64,000 nucleotides of DNA from Desulfobacterales bacterium. GTDB lineage: Bacteria > Desulfobacterota > Desulfobacteria > Desulfobacterales > UBA2174. The notes under the pieces are model-generated. The model was given only the letters and a program-made list of their open reading frames with translations, was not told the origin of the DNA and did no database searches. The stretch is taken from positions 32,001-96,000 of the forward strand of contig CAXXWC010000021.1 of the NCBI GenBank assembly GCA_963668645.2. Reading direction: 5' to 3'. Below, piece after piece: positions 21,239 to 30,847 of the stretch. Position 1 is the stretch's first letter. Each line of letters opens with the position of its first letter. The translations under genes were made by a program, and so were the position numbers.

Positions 21239-21802
21239 TTAACATCTACTCAGCGAATCTCTCTTATATTTATTGGTAATCATCCACGGCAATCTTATAT
21301 CTGGATTTTTTGTCTCAATGTAGTAGAAATCCGGATTAAATGCTGGAAAATGATCCTTTGTGAAGGACAGATATTTTATCTGCCTTGCACCAATTTTATT
21401 AAAATATTCAATGTATGTCTTTGCTGTGCCTCCAGTGTGCAACTCACCCGCAACTAACAAAATTTTATCCAAATTACTACTCAAATTTATTTGTTCAAAA
21501 AGTCGTTCTCTTCGAATATTGTTTTTCCAATCGTAAACACGGTCAATTACAAGCAAAGGCACATGTCCCAAACATCCTGACAGCAATGCACCAACAATAG
21601 AACCACCACGGCCCACACCCACGATTAAAGTTGGCATATAATTTTTGGTTATCAAATCTTCTTTTAGCTTCATTACGTCTTTTTCTACGGTTTTCCAATC
21701 AATTTTCTTATATGGCACGAGCCATTTATATATAGTTACTATCGAAATTATCCCCCCGATGAAGGATAAGAAATATATCATTGTGTCAAGATAAATTTTC
21801 AT
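21239..21802 (-). CDS. Phosphoribosyltransferase-fold protein with N-terminal transmembrane helix
   Basis: Gpt-like IVGVGRGG, PRPP loop ILLVAGELHTGGT (lacks DD), C-terminal LPW; hydrophobic residues about 8-28; strongly AT-rich. Confidence 0.8.
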   Translation of the reverse strand: MKIYLDTMIYFLSFIGGIISIVTIYKWLVPYKKIDWKTVEKDVMKLKEDLITKNYMPTLIVGVGRGGSIVGALLSGCLGHVPLLVIDRVYDWKNNIRRERLFEQINLSSNLDKILLVAGELHTGGTAKTYIEYFNKIGARQIKYLSFTKDHFPAFNPDFYYIETKNPDIRLPWMITNKYKRDSLSRC

Positions 21803-21819
21803 TTGTTTTTCTTAACTCA

Positions 21820-21947
21820 TCCAAACAGTTTGAAGATGGAGAAATTTTCCTGCTATTTCCATTGCTATTGCCATATAGCACGCTTATAAAAATAAAAAGC
21901 AGTTCTTGAGTTTTCCATGTTTTGATTTTCCATAATATTTGATATTA
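21820..21947 (-). promoter_or_regulatory. attI-like leader, second copy (homologous to 47852-48000)
   Basis: AACAGTT..GATGGA.AAATTT(T)CCTG.TATT.CC block; 37-nt block 21911-21947 matches 47964-48000 at 32/37 positions. Confidence 0.65.
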
Positions 21948-22849
21948 ACTCAACTTTCGGGTTTCATTTTCAGGTTTGTGATTTCAATGCGTTAGGCCCA
22001 TAAAAAAGTAACTTTAGCTGCAATATCGCATAGTACTTTTGCCACCTAAACCATTTCAACTATCTGTAATTTAATGTTATTATTCCGTTTCTCGAATCCC
22101 GAAAGTTGAGATATTAATGAAACATATAGAAAACAGACTTGAATTCCCTTTAGCTTGATCTTAACGCCCATGGATGAAGTACATCGGGGTCTATCTACTA
22201 ACACATACCTCCTGCATCGAATCGAGCAAAAGTAATGCAACTGGATACGTTTTTGATTTCTAAAATCGCTATAGATACCGGCCTACGAGCGAGGCCAAAA
22301 CTCCCCCGGTAAGACTGGTTCAGCAATTTTTGCTGGCCAAACCGTTGCAGACCATACACAAAATATAAATCCGACTCAAGTAAAAATTTAGCAATGGATT
22401 GAAAAATAGAGCAAATCAGAAATTTTTATATTTCTTAGGTTTAAATAAAATATAATAAAGAGTACCTTTCGGTCAGTTTGTAGAGGCATGAAGCTTTGTC
22501 GAGCGAAAATGGATTGTAGCTCTCCACTCCAGGTCACGCTGGCCATATGCGAACACGGCCTCGATGCCGAAGGAAATTTGGAGAATATGGATGGCGTTCG
22601 TCCCTCCGACCACGCCGCTGTTCAGGACGATCCAACCGGTATTGTCCCCCATGACCTCATTTTGGGATTCAGCGCACCTCCAAACGCCGTTAGCATTTGT
22701 ATCTTGCCAGCGGTTATTGTTTGTAATAATGATTACTAAAAGCAAGAGGCAAAAAATCAAACAGCTCCATTATAGGCGATCCAACGCAGAGATACCCTGC
22801 AACTCATACGGCCGCAACCAACTGATATGGTTAAAAAAGGATTAAAACG

Positions 22850-24267
22850 ATGTATTTCAAGCAGATTACGGTGACGGGTCTGGGGTGTAATTCCTATCTC
22901 ATCGGCTGCCCAGGAGCAAGGCAGGCGGTGGTCGTGGATCCAAAGCGGGATGTTCAGGACTACATGGACATATCCATAAATGAGGGAATGAAAATCACCC
23001 ATATCATTGAAACTCATGTGCACGCCGATCATGTCAGCGGCAACCAGGAATTAAAATCACGCTCTGGGGTAGATATCTATTACGGTGAAGGCTCCCCCGT
23101 GACGTTTGATCATAAAGAATTGAAAGAAGGCGATGTCATCGAATTCGGCATGGTCAAGCTCCAAATTTGATGCTCTCGTAAAAAGTCGAAATTTTAGTTT
23201 TTGGTTGCTGTAACATATTGATATCATTAACTGGAAAATTTTAAAAAGCGCGTTTTTCGGACTTTTTACGAACGAGTCAAATTTTGAATACCTCTGGCCA
23301 TACACCCAACTCTATTTCAATTCTGGTGCTGGCCGGAGCGGAAATTTTAGATGAACAGGTGAAGAACCTGTATAATTCTCTTTATGAAAAGCTGCATGGT
23401 CTGCCGGATTATCTGGAGGTTTTTCCTGCTCATGGTCAGGGCTCCCTTTGCGGCAAAGGGTTGAGCGCCAAGGCGAGCAGCACCCTGGGCTATGAACGTC
23501 TGACCCAGCCGGTGCTGCAGTTGCCGGGGTTTGATGCGTTCCATGATCAGATTGCGGGGACTTTTCCTGTCAGGCCGAAAAGTTTTACGCACATAATCAG
23601 TACCAATGCCTATGGTGCCCCACTTCTGGAGCGCTGTCCGCTGGAGCAAACGCTGAATCTCGATCAGTTCGAACAGATCCGCCAACAGGGCGCAACGATC
23701 ATCGATAACCGGGATACGGCTTCCTTCGGCGGATTCCATATCCCCGGCGCCATCAATATCGGATTTGAAAAGCAGATGGCCAACTGGATCGGCATGGTCG
23801 TCAATCCGTTGGACAATCTTCTGCTGGTGGTGGATGACCGGGACAAGTATGATCAGATGACGACCCAACTGCACCGAATCGGTTATGATAACATTTACGG
23901 TTATCTTTCCGGCGGCATGGCGGCATGGATTTCCAGCGGTATGCCCATCGACAGCCTGTCGCCGATTTCTGCCCACCTTCTCAAACAGCAAGTGGACAAT
24001 GAAGGTTGCGGACAGATCGTGGATGTTCGAACCCTCGAAGAAAGGGCACAGGGCCATATTTGAGGTTCACGCCACGTCCCCATGACCGATATTCTGACAG
24101 ACAGTCTGGATATTCCCAAAGACGAGGAAGTGATTCTGGTTTGCGGCACCGGATATCGGGCCAACATTGTGGCCAGCCACCTCAAACAGGATGGATTCAG
24201 CCATGTGCACAGCCTTGCCGGTGGACTCACCGCCTGGCAGAACGCAGGTTATGATCTTGCAGTCTGA
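22850..24267 (+). pseudogene. MBL-fold metallo-hydrolase/rhodanese fusion (persulfide dioxygenase-like), inactivated
   Basis: ETHVHADHVSG, GHTPNS, PAHGQGSLCG, two rhodanese repeats (CGTGYRA). Interrupted by a MITE; the TGD.LFVG..GRPD segment appears to be missing after SILV; in-frame TGA at 24061-24063. Confidence 0.85.
23168..23279. mobile_element. Miniature inverted-repeat element (about 112 bp)
   Basis: Imperfect TIRs TGATGCTCTCGTAAAAAGTCGAAA / TTTCGGACTTTTTACGAACGAGTCA; AATT duplicated (23164-23167, 23280-23283); excision restores KLQI-LNTSGHTP in frame. Confidence 0.85.
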
Positions 24268-24368
24268 CCAGAACAGCGTAATCACAATATATTTACTTAT
24301 GGTTTTAAAGAACACTTGATGAGGTATGGGGGGAATTTCTTCCCCCTCCCTTACCCGCCTCTCACCCA

Positions 24369-26039
24369 TCATGCGACCTTCGAATCGAGGTAAAAATCCT
24401 TGTAGAGGGCGCGCACCTCCTTCTTGGAAAACTTGCCGACGCTGGTCTTGGGAATCGTGTCCACGAACAGAACGCGGTCCGGCAACTGCCACTTGGCAAA
24501 GCCGGGGGCGATGAACTCCAGAATATCCTCCGGTGTCACGCTGTCCGCCTGGTATTTATGCAAAACTACAAGCGCCAGCGGTCGTTCCTGCCACTTGGGA
24601 TGTTCGATGCCGACCACGGCGGCTTCGATCACGGCCGGGTGGGCCATGATGGCATTTTCCAGATCGATGGAGGAAATCCACTCCCCGCCGCTCTTGATGA
24701 TGTCCTTGAAACGGTCGCTGATCTTCAGGTACCCGTTGGCATCGATGTAGCCGGCGTCTCCGCTGCGCCAGTACCCGTCCACAAAAGCCTCCGCGGTGCG
24801 TTCATCATTGTAGTAAGCACGCGTGATCCAGGGCCCCCGGAGCAGCACTTCGCCGGCGTTTCCCTCACCCGGCGGCAGTTCCTGGCCCGCGGGGTCGACG
24901 ATTCTGACGTCGATGCCGCACACGGGCAACCCCTGCTTCTTGCGCAGTTCCCAGCGCTCGGCCTCTGGCCAGGCGGCGATGGAAGGTTTGAGCAAGTTGC
25001 TCGTCACGATGGGGGTGGTCTCGGTGGCCCCGTAGGCGTGCACGATGTCGGCGCCAAATTCGGCATACCCCCGCATCATGGCCAGGGGCGGCTCCGTGGC
25101 TCCGGAAACGATGCGCAGGTTGTGGAATCGCGGCTTTTCCGGAAGGGATCGCAGGTAATCGAGCATGGGCATCAGGATCGCCGGCGCCCCTTCGTTGAGG
25201 GTCACCTTTTCGGCCACCATGAGGTCTACCAGCACGTTGGTCGTTTCGGCGGTATACATCCCGGGAAAGACAAGTTTGGCGCCCACGGCACAAGCGCAGA
25301 AGAACAACCCCCAACCGTGGCAGTGAAACATTGGAACGGTCTGCATGATCACGTCCCGGTTGTTCATGCTCAGGTTCATGGCCACGGTGATGGTGTGCAG
25401 GTAAATACAGCGGTGGGAAAAATACACCCCCTTGGGTTTGCCGGTGGTGCCCGAGGTGTAGCAGGCCGAATAGGCCGACTCCTCGTCGATCATGGGCCAC
25501 TCGAACACCGGGGCCTCGGCCGCCAGCAGTTCCTCGTAGCCGCTCACCGGGCTCAACGGCGTGGCCACCTCATCGATGGACTTGTCGCTGATCACGACAT
25601 AGCCCCGGACCTTTTCCAACCGGCCGGCGATCGGTTCGATCAGGGGCAGCAGGGTTTGGTTCACGACCATCAGGGTGGCGCCGGCATGATTGATGACGTA
25701 GACCTTGTCGTCGGCCGAGATTCTCAGGTTCACCTGCAACAGCACGGCACCGATGCCGGACAGGGCCTGGTAAAGCTCCCAGTAGCGATGGGTGTTCCAC
25801 TCCACCACACCCACCCGGTCGCCAGGCTTGACCCCGAGCTTGACCAGCGCGTTGGCCAGTTGCTGGATACGTCCATAGGCCTCGTGATAGGTGTAGCGGA
25901 ACATCGTGCCGTCCACCCGGCGAGATGCGATCTCCACTTCCGGATAAGTCCGCGCGGCGCTTTTGATGAAGGTAACGGTGTTGAGCTGAAAGTCGTCGCC
26001 GGACGTCGAGGGAAAGCCCTGGATGATTGGGTTCGTCAT
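24369..26039 (-). CDS. Fatty-acid--CoA ligase (AlkK/DmdB-like AMP-binding enzyme)
   Basis: YTSGTTGKPKGV, AYGATET, SGD, DRFKDIIKSGGEWISS, PKTSVGKF motifs. Confidence 0.93.
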   Translation of the reverse strand: MTNPIIQGFPSTSGDDFQLNTVTFIKSAARTYPEVEIASRRVDGTMFRYTYHEAYGRIQQLANALVKLGVKPGDRVGVVEWNTHRYWELYQALSGIGAVLLQVNLRISADDKVYVINHAGATLMVVNQTLLPLIEPIAGRLEKVRGYVVISDKSIDEVATPLSPVSGYEELLAAEAPVFEWPMIDEESAYSACYTSGTTGKPKGVYFSHRCIYLHTITVAMNLSMNNRDVIMQTVPMFHCHGWGLFFCACAVGAKLVFPGMYTAETTNVLVDLMVAEKVTLNEGAPAILMPMLDYLRSLPEKPRFHNLRIVSGATEPPLAMMRGYAEFGADIVHAYGATETTPIVTSNLLKPSIAAWPEAERWELRKKQGLPVCGIDVRIVDPAGQELPPGEGNAGEVLLRGPWITRAYYNDERTAEAFVDGYWRSGDAGYIDANGYLKISDRFKDIIKSGGEWISSIDLENAIMAHPAVIEAAVVGIEHPKWQERPLALVVLHKYQADSVTPEDILEFIAPGFAKWQLPDRVLFVDTIPKTSVGKFSKKEVRALYKDFYLDSKVA

Positions 26040-26158
26040 AATACTTGTCCTTTCTTTTTTGAATACGGCTCAGATCCGGGTCATGGGGCTGCAAATTCTC
26101 CGTAAAAACGGAGAGGTCTGTTCAACACTCATTGCCAAGCGTTATATTCAGAAACGGA

Positions 26159-26566
26159 TCAACAAAAGCTGAACAACGGTCGCGCCGCCTCGCCGAACGA
26201 GTAGACATCCCCGGGGAAAACCTTGTGTCCCAAAGTCACCCGCTTTCCGATCACCTCCATGGTGACGTTGGCCGGGTTCATTTCATTGAGGTTTCCGGAA
26301 ATCCACGGTCCTTCATCAAGGGCGACCATCACAATGGTGTAGGGAACCTCGACCTCACGGCCCAGGGGCGCGACGTAGGTGGTGGTAAACGTCTTGATCT
26401 CCCCTTTTCCGCTCAGCTCGATGATCTTTTGGTCGCTTGCACCGCACTCCTGGCACACCATCTTGGGCGGGCAGGTGACGATCCCGCACCTTTGGCACTT
26501 CAATCCGAGTAGCTTGTTTTGCTTCAGCGCGTCGCTGTAAGCGCAAAAATCGATTTTGTATTTCAT
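26159..26566 (-). CDS. DUF35 zinc-ribbon/OB-fold protein (thiolase partner)
   Basis: CQRC...PP...CQEC, G.I.TFT, V.LDEGP. Confidence 0.9.
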   Translation of the reverse strand: MKYKIDFCAYSDALKQNKLLGLKCQRCGIVTCPPKMVCQECGASDQKIIELSGKGEIKTFTTTYVAPLGREVEVPYTIVMVALDEGPWISGNLNEMNPANVTMEVIGKRVTLGHKVFPGDVYSFGEAARPLFSFC

Positions 26567-26591
26567 TGCAGGCTCCTTTTCAAAAACCGGC

Positions 26592-27767
26592 TCAATCTCT
26601 TTTCAGGACCAGGTTGACGATGATCCCGTCGCCGCCCAGGGTATCCACCAGGCCGACCCTGGCCCCTTCCACCTGGCGTCCCTGGTCCACCAGCTCGCCG
26701 CGCAGCTGCCGGGTCACTTCATAGACCTGGGAGACGCCGGTGGCGCCGATGGGGTGGCCTTTGGATTTCAATCCGCCGGAAATGTTGATGGGGATCTTGC
26801 CGCCGATTCGGGTCTCGCCTTTTTGCCACAGCTCGCCGGCCTTGCCGAATTCGGCAAAGCCCAGGCTTTCGGCCGCGATGAGGCTGGCGATGCTGAAACA
26901 ATCGTGCAGCTCGCAGACATCGATGTCCTGCGGTCCCACACCGGCCATGTCATAGGCCTGTTTCACCGAGATTTCCCTGGCCCGCAAACGGGGCAGGCAC
27001 TTGTACTGGGAAGCGATGTGACCGGAGGACGCTTGGCCTGTGCCGGCGATGTAGACGGGCTTGTCAGTGAGCTTTTTGGCCACCTCTTCCGAGGCCAGCA
27101 CCACGGCCGCCGCCCCGTCCGAGAACGGACAGCAGTCGAGCAGTTGAAGGGGCGTGGTCACCATGGGCCCATTCAACACCTTTTCCACCGTGATTTCCTT
27201 CTGGAACTGGGCGTTGGGGTTTTTGGCGCCGTAGTGATGGGACTGCACCGACACCAGGGCCATCTGCTCCTTGAGCTTTTCCAGCGGGATCTTGTAATGG
27301 CTGGCGTAGAGGTGGCTCAGCATGGCGAATACGGCCGGAAAAGTGAAGCCGGCCGGGTTTTCGAAGCGGCTGTCGCAAAACATGGCAAAGGTCCGGGTGG
27401 CCATGGGCGTTCCCATGGCCGTGGCCTTTTCATAGCCGCACACCAGAACGATGTCGTAAGCGCCGGAGGCCACCCACATGGCCGCATCCCGCACGGCGAT
27501 GGTGGCGGTGGCGCAGGCGCCTTCGAACCGCGTGGCCGCCACGTGGTTGCAGCCGATTTCACTGGCCAGGTAGGAATGGCACATGCCCTGGCCGTCGCTG
27601 AACTCGCCCAGCACGTTGCCGCAATAAATCGCCTGGATGTCTTTGGGGGTCAGATGGGAATGAACGATGGCATCCATGGATGCTTCGGCGAGCAGCTCCA
27701 CCCCGGTATTGGGCGAATTGGCCATGAACCGGGTGTGACCGCCGCCGATGACGGCTACTCTTCGCAT
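26592..27767 (-). CDS. SCP2-type thiolase / acyl-CoA acyltransferase
   Basis: EGACAT, DCCPFSDGAAA, ELHDCFS, INISGGLKSKGHPIGATG motifs. Confidence 0.92.
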   Translation of the reverse strand: MRRVAVIGGGHTRFMANSPNTGVELLAEASMDAIVHSHLTPKDIQAIYCGNVLGEFSDGQGMCHSYLASEIGCNHVAATRFEGACATATIAVRDAAMWVASGAYDIVLVCGYEKATAMGTPMATRTFAMFCDSRFENPAGFTFPAVFAMLSHLYASHYKIPLEKLKEQMALVSVQSHHYGAKNPNAQFQKEITVEKVLNGPMVTTPLQLLDCCPFSDGAAAVVLASEEVAKKLTDKPVYIAGTGQASSGHIASQYKCLPRLRAREISVKQAYDMAGVGPQDIDVCELHDCFSIASLIAAESLGFAEFGKAGELWQKGETRIGGKIPINISGGLKSKGHPIGATGVSQVYEVTRQLRGELVDQGRQVEGARVGLVDTLGGDGIIVNLVLKRD

Positions 27768-27829
27768 GGGTACTCCTTTCGGTTACCGGACAATGCGATA
27801 TCCGGAAGCATTCAGTCCCCGACGGAATG

Positions 27830-28612
27830 TCAATGGTGTTGAAATGCGGGGGTTCTTTTTTCCAGAAACGCCGCCACGCCCTCTTCCTTGTCCCGGGTTG
27901 AAAACAGGATCTCAAAACAGCGCATCTCATGGGCCAGGGCTGCGGCCAGCGGCATATCGAACCCTTCGTCGATCAGGCCCTTGATGGTTTTCAGCGTAAA
28001 GCCCGGACGCGCGGCATAGGAGCCCGCCAGTTTCATGGCCTCGTCCATCAGCGCGTCGGTGGGCACCACGGCATTCACCAGACCGATGCGATAGGCCTCC
28101 TGGGCGTCGAAGGGCTCGCCGGAGAAAATATGCTGTTTGGCCCGCCCGGCGCCGATGAGTCGTGGCAGCCGCTGGGTGCCGCCGCCCCCGGGAAGCAGTC
28201 CCAGCTTGATTTCCGGCAGCGCGAACCTGGCGTTTTCGGCGGCAATACGCACATCGCAGGCCATGCACAATTCGCACCCGCCCCCGAAAGCGAACCCGGC
28301 CACGGCGGCAATGACGGGTCGATCCAGGCCTTCGAGGCGGTTGAAGACGCGCTGCATTTCGGTGATGTACCCCCTTGCCTCGGCAGGAGACCGGATCGCC
28401 GCGATTTCCTTGATATCCGCCCCGGCGGCAAATGCCTTGGCGCTGCCGGTGACGATGACCGCCCTGATATCGGCGTCCTTTTCGATCGAATCCAGAGCCT
28501 GATCGAGTTCAGCAACGAGTTGGCGGCACAGGGCGTTGAGGGCCTTGGGCCGGTTCAGGGTGACCACGGCCACGGGGCCGGCGGTTTCGAAGAGAATGGT
28601 GTCGAATGTCAT
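27830..28612 (-). CDS. Enoyl-CoA hydratase (crotonase)
   Basis: LNRPKALNAL, FAAGADI, GGGCEL, PEIKLG..PGGGGTQRL; start ATG 28612. Confidence 0.93.
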   Translation of the reverse strand: MTFDTILFETAGPVAVVTLNRPKALNALCRQLVAELDQALDSIEKDADIRAVIVTGSAKAFAAGADIKEIAAIRSPAEARGYITEMQRVFNRLEGLDRPVIAAVAGFAFGGGCELCMACDVRIAAENARFALPEIKLGLLPGGGGTQRLPRLIGAGRAKQHIFSGEPFDAQEAYRIGLVNAVVPTDALMDEAMKLAGSYAARPGFTLKTIKGLIDEGFDMPLAAALAHEMRCFEILFSTRDKEEGVAAFLEKRTPAFQHH

Positions 28613-28771
28613 GTGTTCGTCTCCGCGTGTCCGCCCATAAATGGTGAATTTGGGTTCCTGGCAAGGCCCGAGCGAGTTTCCAACCGGAGGCATAGCCCCG
28701 CTATGTCGAGGATTGGAAACGAGCGAGAACGCCGCCAGGGGCCGAAAGGCGCCGTTTATGGATGAACACTC

Positions 28772-29542
28772 CTATTTGGCGGCCATCCTGATGGCGGCAT
28801 CCAACCGGATGGTTTCACCGTTGATCATGGGATTCTCGACGATCTGGGCCGCGAGCATGGCAAATTCCGAGGGACGGCCCAGTCGCTTGGGAAACGGCAT
28901 CATGCCGGCCAGGACCGCCTGGGCCTTTTCCGGAAGGCCGGCCACCATGGGGGTCATGAAAATCCCCGGGGCGATGGTGTTGACACGAATTCCGCAGTCG
29001 GCGAACTCCCTGGCGAGTGGCAGGGTCATGCCCACCACGCCCGCCTTCGACGCGCTGTAGGCGGCCTGACCGATCTGGCCTTCGAAGGCGGCCACCGAGG
29101 CCACGTTGATCATGACCCCCTTTTCCCCGTCCGCATTGGACGCGTTTTTCAGCATCCGGACCGCGACCAGCCGGACCACATTCATGGTGCCCACCAGATT
29201 GATCTGGATCACCTTGTTGAAAAAATCGATGGGCATGGGGCTGCCGTCTCGGCCGATCACCTTCTTGGGCGTGCCGACCCCCGCACAGTTGACCGCCACG
29301 TGAATCCCGCCAAAGGCTGCCACGGTCTTGTCGATGGCCGCCTGCACGCTGGCTTCGTCCGTCACGTCGGTTTTGCAGAAGATCGCCGCCTGGCCCAGCT
29401 CTGCGACCAACCTCTCGCCCCTGTCGGCGTCAAAATCGAAAATCGCCGCCTTGCCCCCCTTTGTGATCACCTGCCTGACCGTAGCTTCCCCGAGGCCGGA
29501 TGCTCCGCCGGTGACGACGGCTACACAATCTTTCAGCTCCAT
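28772..29542 (-). CDS. 3-hydroxyacyl-CoA dehydrogenase type II (HSD10-like SDR)
   Basis: TGGASGLG, NCAG, GQIGQAAYSASK, NGETIRLD motifs. Confidence 0.92.
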   Translation of the reverse strand: MELKDCVAVVTGGASGLGEATVRQVITKGGKAAIFDFDADRGERLVAELGQAAIFCKTDVTDEASVQAAIDKTVAAFGGIHVAVNCAGVGTPKKVIGRDGSPMPIDFFNKVIQINLVGTMNVVRLVAVRMLKNASNADGEKGVMINVASVAAFEGQIGQAAYSASKAGVVGMTLPLAREFADCGIRVNTIAPGIFMTPMVAGLPEKAQAVLAGMMPFPKRLGRPSEFAMLAAQIVENPMINGETIRLDAAIRMAAK

Positions 29543-29627
29543 TGTTCAGTCCTTTTGTTTGTTCCCGGGTCAGATGTACCGGGAGTTGTTGTCAATTCCG
29601 ATTGAACGCCGGCCGGTCTTGCGCTGA

Positions 29628-30770
29628 TTAAAATTGAAGAGCCTTGGCAACGATGCTCTTCATGATTTCATTGGTGCCGGCAAAGATCGTGTGGATGCGC
29701 ACATCGCGCCACATGCGCACGATGGGGCAGGCCTCCGTGGCAGCCACATCCCCCACCACTTCCAGGCACCGGTTGGCAATCTGGTTGGCCTTTTCCGAAA
29801 TCCAGTATTTGGCCATGGAGGTTTCCATGGTCACCTGCCGGTTCCGGCTGTGGGCCATGATCAGATCGTTGAGGAACGCCCTGCCGATGCGAAGGTCGGT
29901 TTCCATTTCCACCAGGGCGAACTGAACGGCCTGGGAGCTTGCCAGCGGCGTCAGGCCACACCGGCTCTTGCGGCAAAAGGCACCGGTCCACTGCAAGATC
30001 TGCTCGGCGATGGACATGGACCAAATGGCCACCACCAGGCGTTCCTGCTGCAGTTTTTGCATCAACTGAACGAAGCCGGCCCCCTTGGGACCCAGCCGGT
30101 TGTCTTGGGGAATCCGGCAGTTGGTGAAGAAGAGTTCGGCCGTATCCTGGCTGCGCATGCCCAGCTTATCGATCCGGTTGCCCTTCTTGAATCCGGGTGT
30201 GCCGTCCTCGACCAGAAAAAGAGAGAGTGCCTTGTGCGGATTGGTCGTTTCCGGGTCCTTGGCGGCCATCACCACCAGATCGCAATGGAGCCCGTTGGAG
30301 ATGAACGTCTTGGCGCCATTGAGCACCACCTGGCCATCCTCCTCCACCGCGGTGGCGCACATGCCTGCCAGGTCGCTGCCGGCATCCGGTTCGGTCATGG
30401 CCACGGCGGTGACAATGTCCCCGTTGACGCAACCGGGCAGGTAGCGCGCCTTTTGGGCTTCCGTGCCGAATGTCAGGATGTAGGGCACCACGATATCGCT
30501 GTGCAGTTGGGCCATCAGGCCGCCATGATTGGTCCGCACCAGCTCTTGGTTGACGATCACCGAATAGAGGAAATCGCCCCCAAGCCCGCCATAGGCTTCC
30601 GGAACGGCGGTGCAAAGAAACCCCTCCCGGCCCATCTTGCGCCAGATATCCCGGGGGATCAGGTGCTGCGCCTCCCACTGTTCGACATGTGGTACCACCT
30701 CGGCCTTGAGAAAATCGCGCAGCCTGCGGCGAAAGCTGCGGTGCGCGTCGGTGTAGGGCAGTTGGTTCAT
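29628..30770 (-). CDS. Acyl-CoA dehydrogenase (LCAD-type)
   Basis: AMTEPDAGSD, NGAKTFISNG, QDTAELFF, QQERL, IFAGTNEIMK motifs. Confidence 0.92.
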   Translation of the reverse strand: MNQLPYTDAHRSFRRRLRDFLKAEVVPHVEQWEAQHLIPRDIWRKMGREGFLCTAVPEAYGGLGGDFLYSVIVNQELVRTNHGGLMAQLHSDIVVPYILTFGTEAQKARYLPGCVNGDIVTAVAMTEPDAGSDLAGMCATAVEEDGQVVLNGAKTFISNGLHCDLVVMAAKDPETTNPHKALSLFLVEDGTPGFKKGNRIDKLGMRSQDTAELFFTNCRIPQDNRLGPKGAGFVQLMQKLQQERLVVAIWSMSIAEQILQWTGAFCRKSRCGLTPLASSQAVQFALVEMETDLRIGRAFLNDLIMAHSRNRQVTMETSMAKYWISEKANQIANRCLEVVGDVAATEACPIVRMWRDVRIHTIFAGTNEIMKSIVAKALQF

Positions 30771-30847
30771 CGTCTCCGGATTCCTTATTGTCCATTCATT
30801 TCTGGACGGACACTCTGCCAGCCTGATATCTGTTTCTCCATAGGCTG

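Noticed and set aside
21950..22845. Short ORFs in the AT-rich gap after the attI-like leader, including a possible second intI relic
   Set aside because: No recognisable motifs, RBS or IntI-like translation found; probably decayed DNA
24061..24063. In-frame TGA as selenocysteine
   Set aside because: It falls at a non-catalytic GHI-x-GS position, the rhodanese Cys lies downstream, and the gene has other inactivating lesions
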